Part shown: piece after piece, positions 8,123-10,631 of the stretch
How positions within the stretch are numbered: position 1 is the stretch's first letter
How the letters are laid out: each line of letters starts with the position of its first letter
NCBI GenBank assembly: GCA_038227875.1
Contig: JBBRPR010000119.1
Span: forward strand, 1-10,631
Source: Planctomycetota bacterium
Lineage (GTDB): Bacteria; Planctomycetota; SZUA-567; H5-PLA8
DNA: 10,631 nt
Reading direction: 5' to 3'
The notes under the pieces: generated by a model
Databases searched by the model: none
What the model saw: only the letters and a program-made list of their open reading frames with translations
What the model was told of the DNA's origin: nothing
Position numbers and translations under genes: made by a program

Positions 8123-8129
8123 GAACCGG

Positions 8130-10491
8130 TTAGTTCCCGGGCAGCGCGATTTTCAGATCGAAGGGCGTGTACTTGATCTCGTCGAAAACCTGAACTTCCG
8201 TGATCGACAGGTACCGTTGCGTCTCCACTTTGTATTTCACGTAACGACCCTTCACGGGCTGAGGCGGTATCAGTTCGAAATTCCAACCGGTTGCCGTGTC
8301 GTCGTCAGTGACCATGTGATTGATCGGCACATCCCGCTGGCGCAAATTCATATTGAAGCGCCCCGCGGAGGTAAATTCTTTGCCATCGTTGGAGGTCAGG
8401 ACCTCCACCTTGTCTTTGACTTCCCAATTGAACGCGTCCCACCAGGGCTATCCGGCGGTCAGATGAATGCGGAATGCACCGCAGGATTCGTCTTTGCCCA
8501 GATCGACTGTGATCTCCGGCGATGCATTTTCCCAACACGCGCCAAAGGTGGTCGGTTCGCCGCCGCCGGCGAAGGGGGGACCGACTTTGCCGTCGGTAAG
8601 CTTGTTGCCTTTATCATCGCTCTTGTTGGGAGGAATCGAGAGCGTGTAAGATTTTCCTTCCGCGAGATTCCTTCCGTCCGTGCGCCAGCGGTGGATAAAT
8701 TTTTCGCCACCAACATCCTTTCCGTCGGAATAACCGGGCTTTACGTTCGCCACCGCGCCGCTCAGGTTGATGGACAGGGATTCCATGGCCGGCAGATCGT
8801 CGCCGCCGACGTTAATGAAATACGTCAAGGGTAGCTTTTCCACGCGTTGCGTGTGGCTGCGCTCGATTTTCGAATGATCCGCCTGTACCTCTTTCCATTT
8901 GTACGTGATCTCGAGCGGCTGGAAGTTTGTGTCGGCAGGTTTGTAATCTGCTTCCATCCGCAGCGCATAGAATCCCCAGCTCTGCTCGCCCGGCGCAGTG
9001 TTCCCTTCAATAACAAACTTGAACAACACGGACTTTGTGCCGGCCGGGATCTGATCAACGACCTGGTAATGAATCACATCGAACGGCGGCCCCGCGGCGC
9101 TCTGCGTGAACGACTTGATCCAAGTCTTCCCGTCGTCGAAGGAGTGCAGGTAATCGACGTGCGTGCCGGTGCCATAGTTATAGATTCGCGCGCCGTAGTT
9201 CAATTTCACAATGTCGCTGGGCGCGTCCATCTTGTAGGTGACGTACGCTTCGCCTGGTGCGGCCTGGCGCATGACCGCGTGCCAGGACTGATGCGTCTTA
9301 TCGGTCACAATGTTCTTGCTGTCGACGACCATCGGCTTCCAGTTGTCGCCCTGCAGATCCGGCCAGTAAACGAGGGCCTCCGTCTGATCGCCCGCGCCAA
9401 CGAAGATGGTGTTCTTACCGAGGTTCAGCTTGGGCAGGGTCTTGGTGTTGACCTGGGTGATCGTCTCGATGGCAATCTGGTTCAATTGGGCGTCGGCTGC
9501 CGCTGCGGCCCCGAACAATTCAATTTTCCACAGTTGTTCATACGATCCATTGACCTCCGCAATCACTTTCACATCGGCTTTCGATTCGCCCAGCGCGGTT
9601 GCCTTCCAGATCTCCTTCCAGTTCAGGCCATTGTCTATGCTGACGGAGATTTTTGCGGCGTCTGCGTCAGTCTTGCGAGTGAAAACCGCGGCGACATGCT
9701 GCGACGTCGCTACATTTGCAGACTGGATCCGGAAGAGCACTCCCGCCGCCGCTGCAGGCTTTTCAGGATGAAGCCCCTGCTCGCTGGCGACAATGCTCTT
9801 GGCGCTGTGGATGTATTTGATGTATTCCCTGGGCGTTAAGACTGGCCGAAAAGTCCACAGGCCATTGCCTCGAATCCGGTAACGGGGATTCACCGATTCC
9901 GGATCGCGACCACCCACGTTCGGATTGGGATTGGGCGTGTAGTACGCTGGATCCGAGGTGAACTTGTATCCTTCTTTTTTCTCATCACCGTCATCCTTCT
10001 TGTCCAGCCGGTGGTAATAGCGCGTGTAGGTTTCGTTTTCGCGGAGATTCAAATTATAAGTATGACCGGAATCCCAACTGTAAAAGTAATAGCGGTAGGC
10101 GAGGCCCGGTGCCCGGAAGACATGACAACCTTCACTTTCCAATGAACGCGAACAGTCGCCACCCATCAGGAAACCATTCTTGCTGGTGCCCGCCAGGCAG
10201 TGGTAACGGGCGATATGCCCCGGCTCAACTTTTCCGCCGCTGAGCGCGCAGGCGCCATCTTTGCCAATGTCCTCGACACCGGCGATAGTCTTGCCATCGC
10301 ACAGCGTATAGATGGCCGAGAGGCTGTTGTCGTAGCAATGAAAAGCGCCGTCGTATTCCACTTCCGCAACTGTATGGGCGTGAATGTCCCAGAATTTGTG
10401 CTTCAAACCCATCTGCTCCCAGATGGATTGATTGATTCCGGAAATTGTGCTGCACTGCGTAAAGCCATAATCGTTGTATTGGCGAATTGTG
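8130..10491 (-). pseudogene. Disrupted multidomain gene: transglutaminase-like (Cys-His-Asp) core, Asp-box-containing beta domains and a C-terminal discoidin/F5-8 type C-like domain; 5'-truncated by IS256, with an internal TAG
   Basis: ORFs 8448..10535 and 8130..8408 are in the same frame, separated by a single TAG (8448-8450) and 13 open codons (PWWDAFNWEVKDK). Discoidin-like motifs straddle the stop: NLAEGKSYT, KLTDG and ITVDLGK before it; VEVLTSNDGKEF, GRYVKYKV and ITEVQVF after it. The first 14-15 codons of the long ORF lie inside the IS256 end. Confidence 0.8.
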
Positions 10492-10631
10492 GGGGTATTG
10501 TCAAATCTTGTGGATTGGACGGGAGGAAAAGTCACGCGACTTTCTCCTTGATGCCGTCCACAAAGCGGACGCCCTGTACGATGTCCGCTAACAATTCGCT
10601 GCCTTGCAGTCGGTTCCAGTGCTGGGCGGCG
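10492..10631 (-). mobile_element. IS256-family insertion sequence, right end
   Basis: The transposase C-terminus on the minus strand is followed about 40 bp later by a terminal-IR-like ATCCACAAGATTTGACAATACCCC (plus strand GGGGTATTGTCAAATCTTGTGGAT, 10492-10515). The boundary is uncertain by about 1 bp within the G5 run. Confidence 0.8.
10532..10630 (-). CDS. IS256-family transposase, C-terminal 32 aa (partial, runs off the window)
   Basis: My manual translation is AAQHWNRLQGSELLADIVQGVRFVDGIKEKVA*, which fits the W-x-R-L-x-G...L-x-x-V/I-x-x-G-V-x-F-x-D-G tail characteristic of IS256 transposases. It is absent from the supplied ORF track. Confidence 0.85.
   Translation of the reverse strand, partial: AAQHWNRLQGSELLADIVQGVRFVDGIKEKVA

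Noticed and set aside
8130..8408. 92-aa ORF as an independent gene
   Set aside because: It starts mid-domain at a GTG without a convincing Shine-Dalgarno sequence and is in frame with the upstream ORF across one TAG.
8400..8450. Selenocysteine or a structured recoding element after the internal stop
   Set aside because: The stop is TAG, not TGA, and I see no convincing stable hairpin immediately downstream.
8847..9839. 330-aa + strand ORF, also 8217..8834 and 9406..9771
   Set aside because: These are antisense shadows of the minus-strand gene and have no domain features.
1..10631. Composite transposon carrying the whole region
   Set aside because: The two ends belong to different IS families with unrelated termini.

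Overview
This is a GC-rich bacterial window. The protein families look like those of Planctomycetota/PVC organisms, which is an inference only. Both ends carry about 140 bp of an insertion-sequence terminus: an IS21-like end at 1-141 and an IS256-like end with the transposase C-terminus at 10492-10631. Between them are five genes. (1) A cytoplasmic Cys-type sulfatase-family enzyme on the minus strand, in which one canonical active-site Lys is replaced by Ile. (2) A divergent GntR-HTH/LacI-sensor (AraR-type) regulator. (3) A closely linked secreted protein with an FlgD-like Ig domain and a beta-propeller. (4) A bitopic membrane protein with an N-terminal CxxC-x23-CxxC zinc site and a Pro/Thr-rich linker. 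(5) A convergent multidomain gene with a transglutaminase-like Cys-His-Asp core, Asp-boxes and a C-terminal discoidin-like domain. This last gene is cut at its 5' end by the IS256 element and split by one in-frame TAG at 8448-8450. The IS end happens to supply it with an in-frame GTG and a strong Shine-Dalgarno sequence. I found no RNA genes or CRISPR arrays. All family calls come from motifs read by eye, not from database searches.
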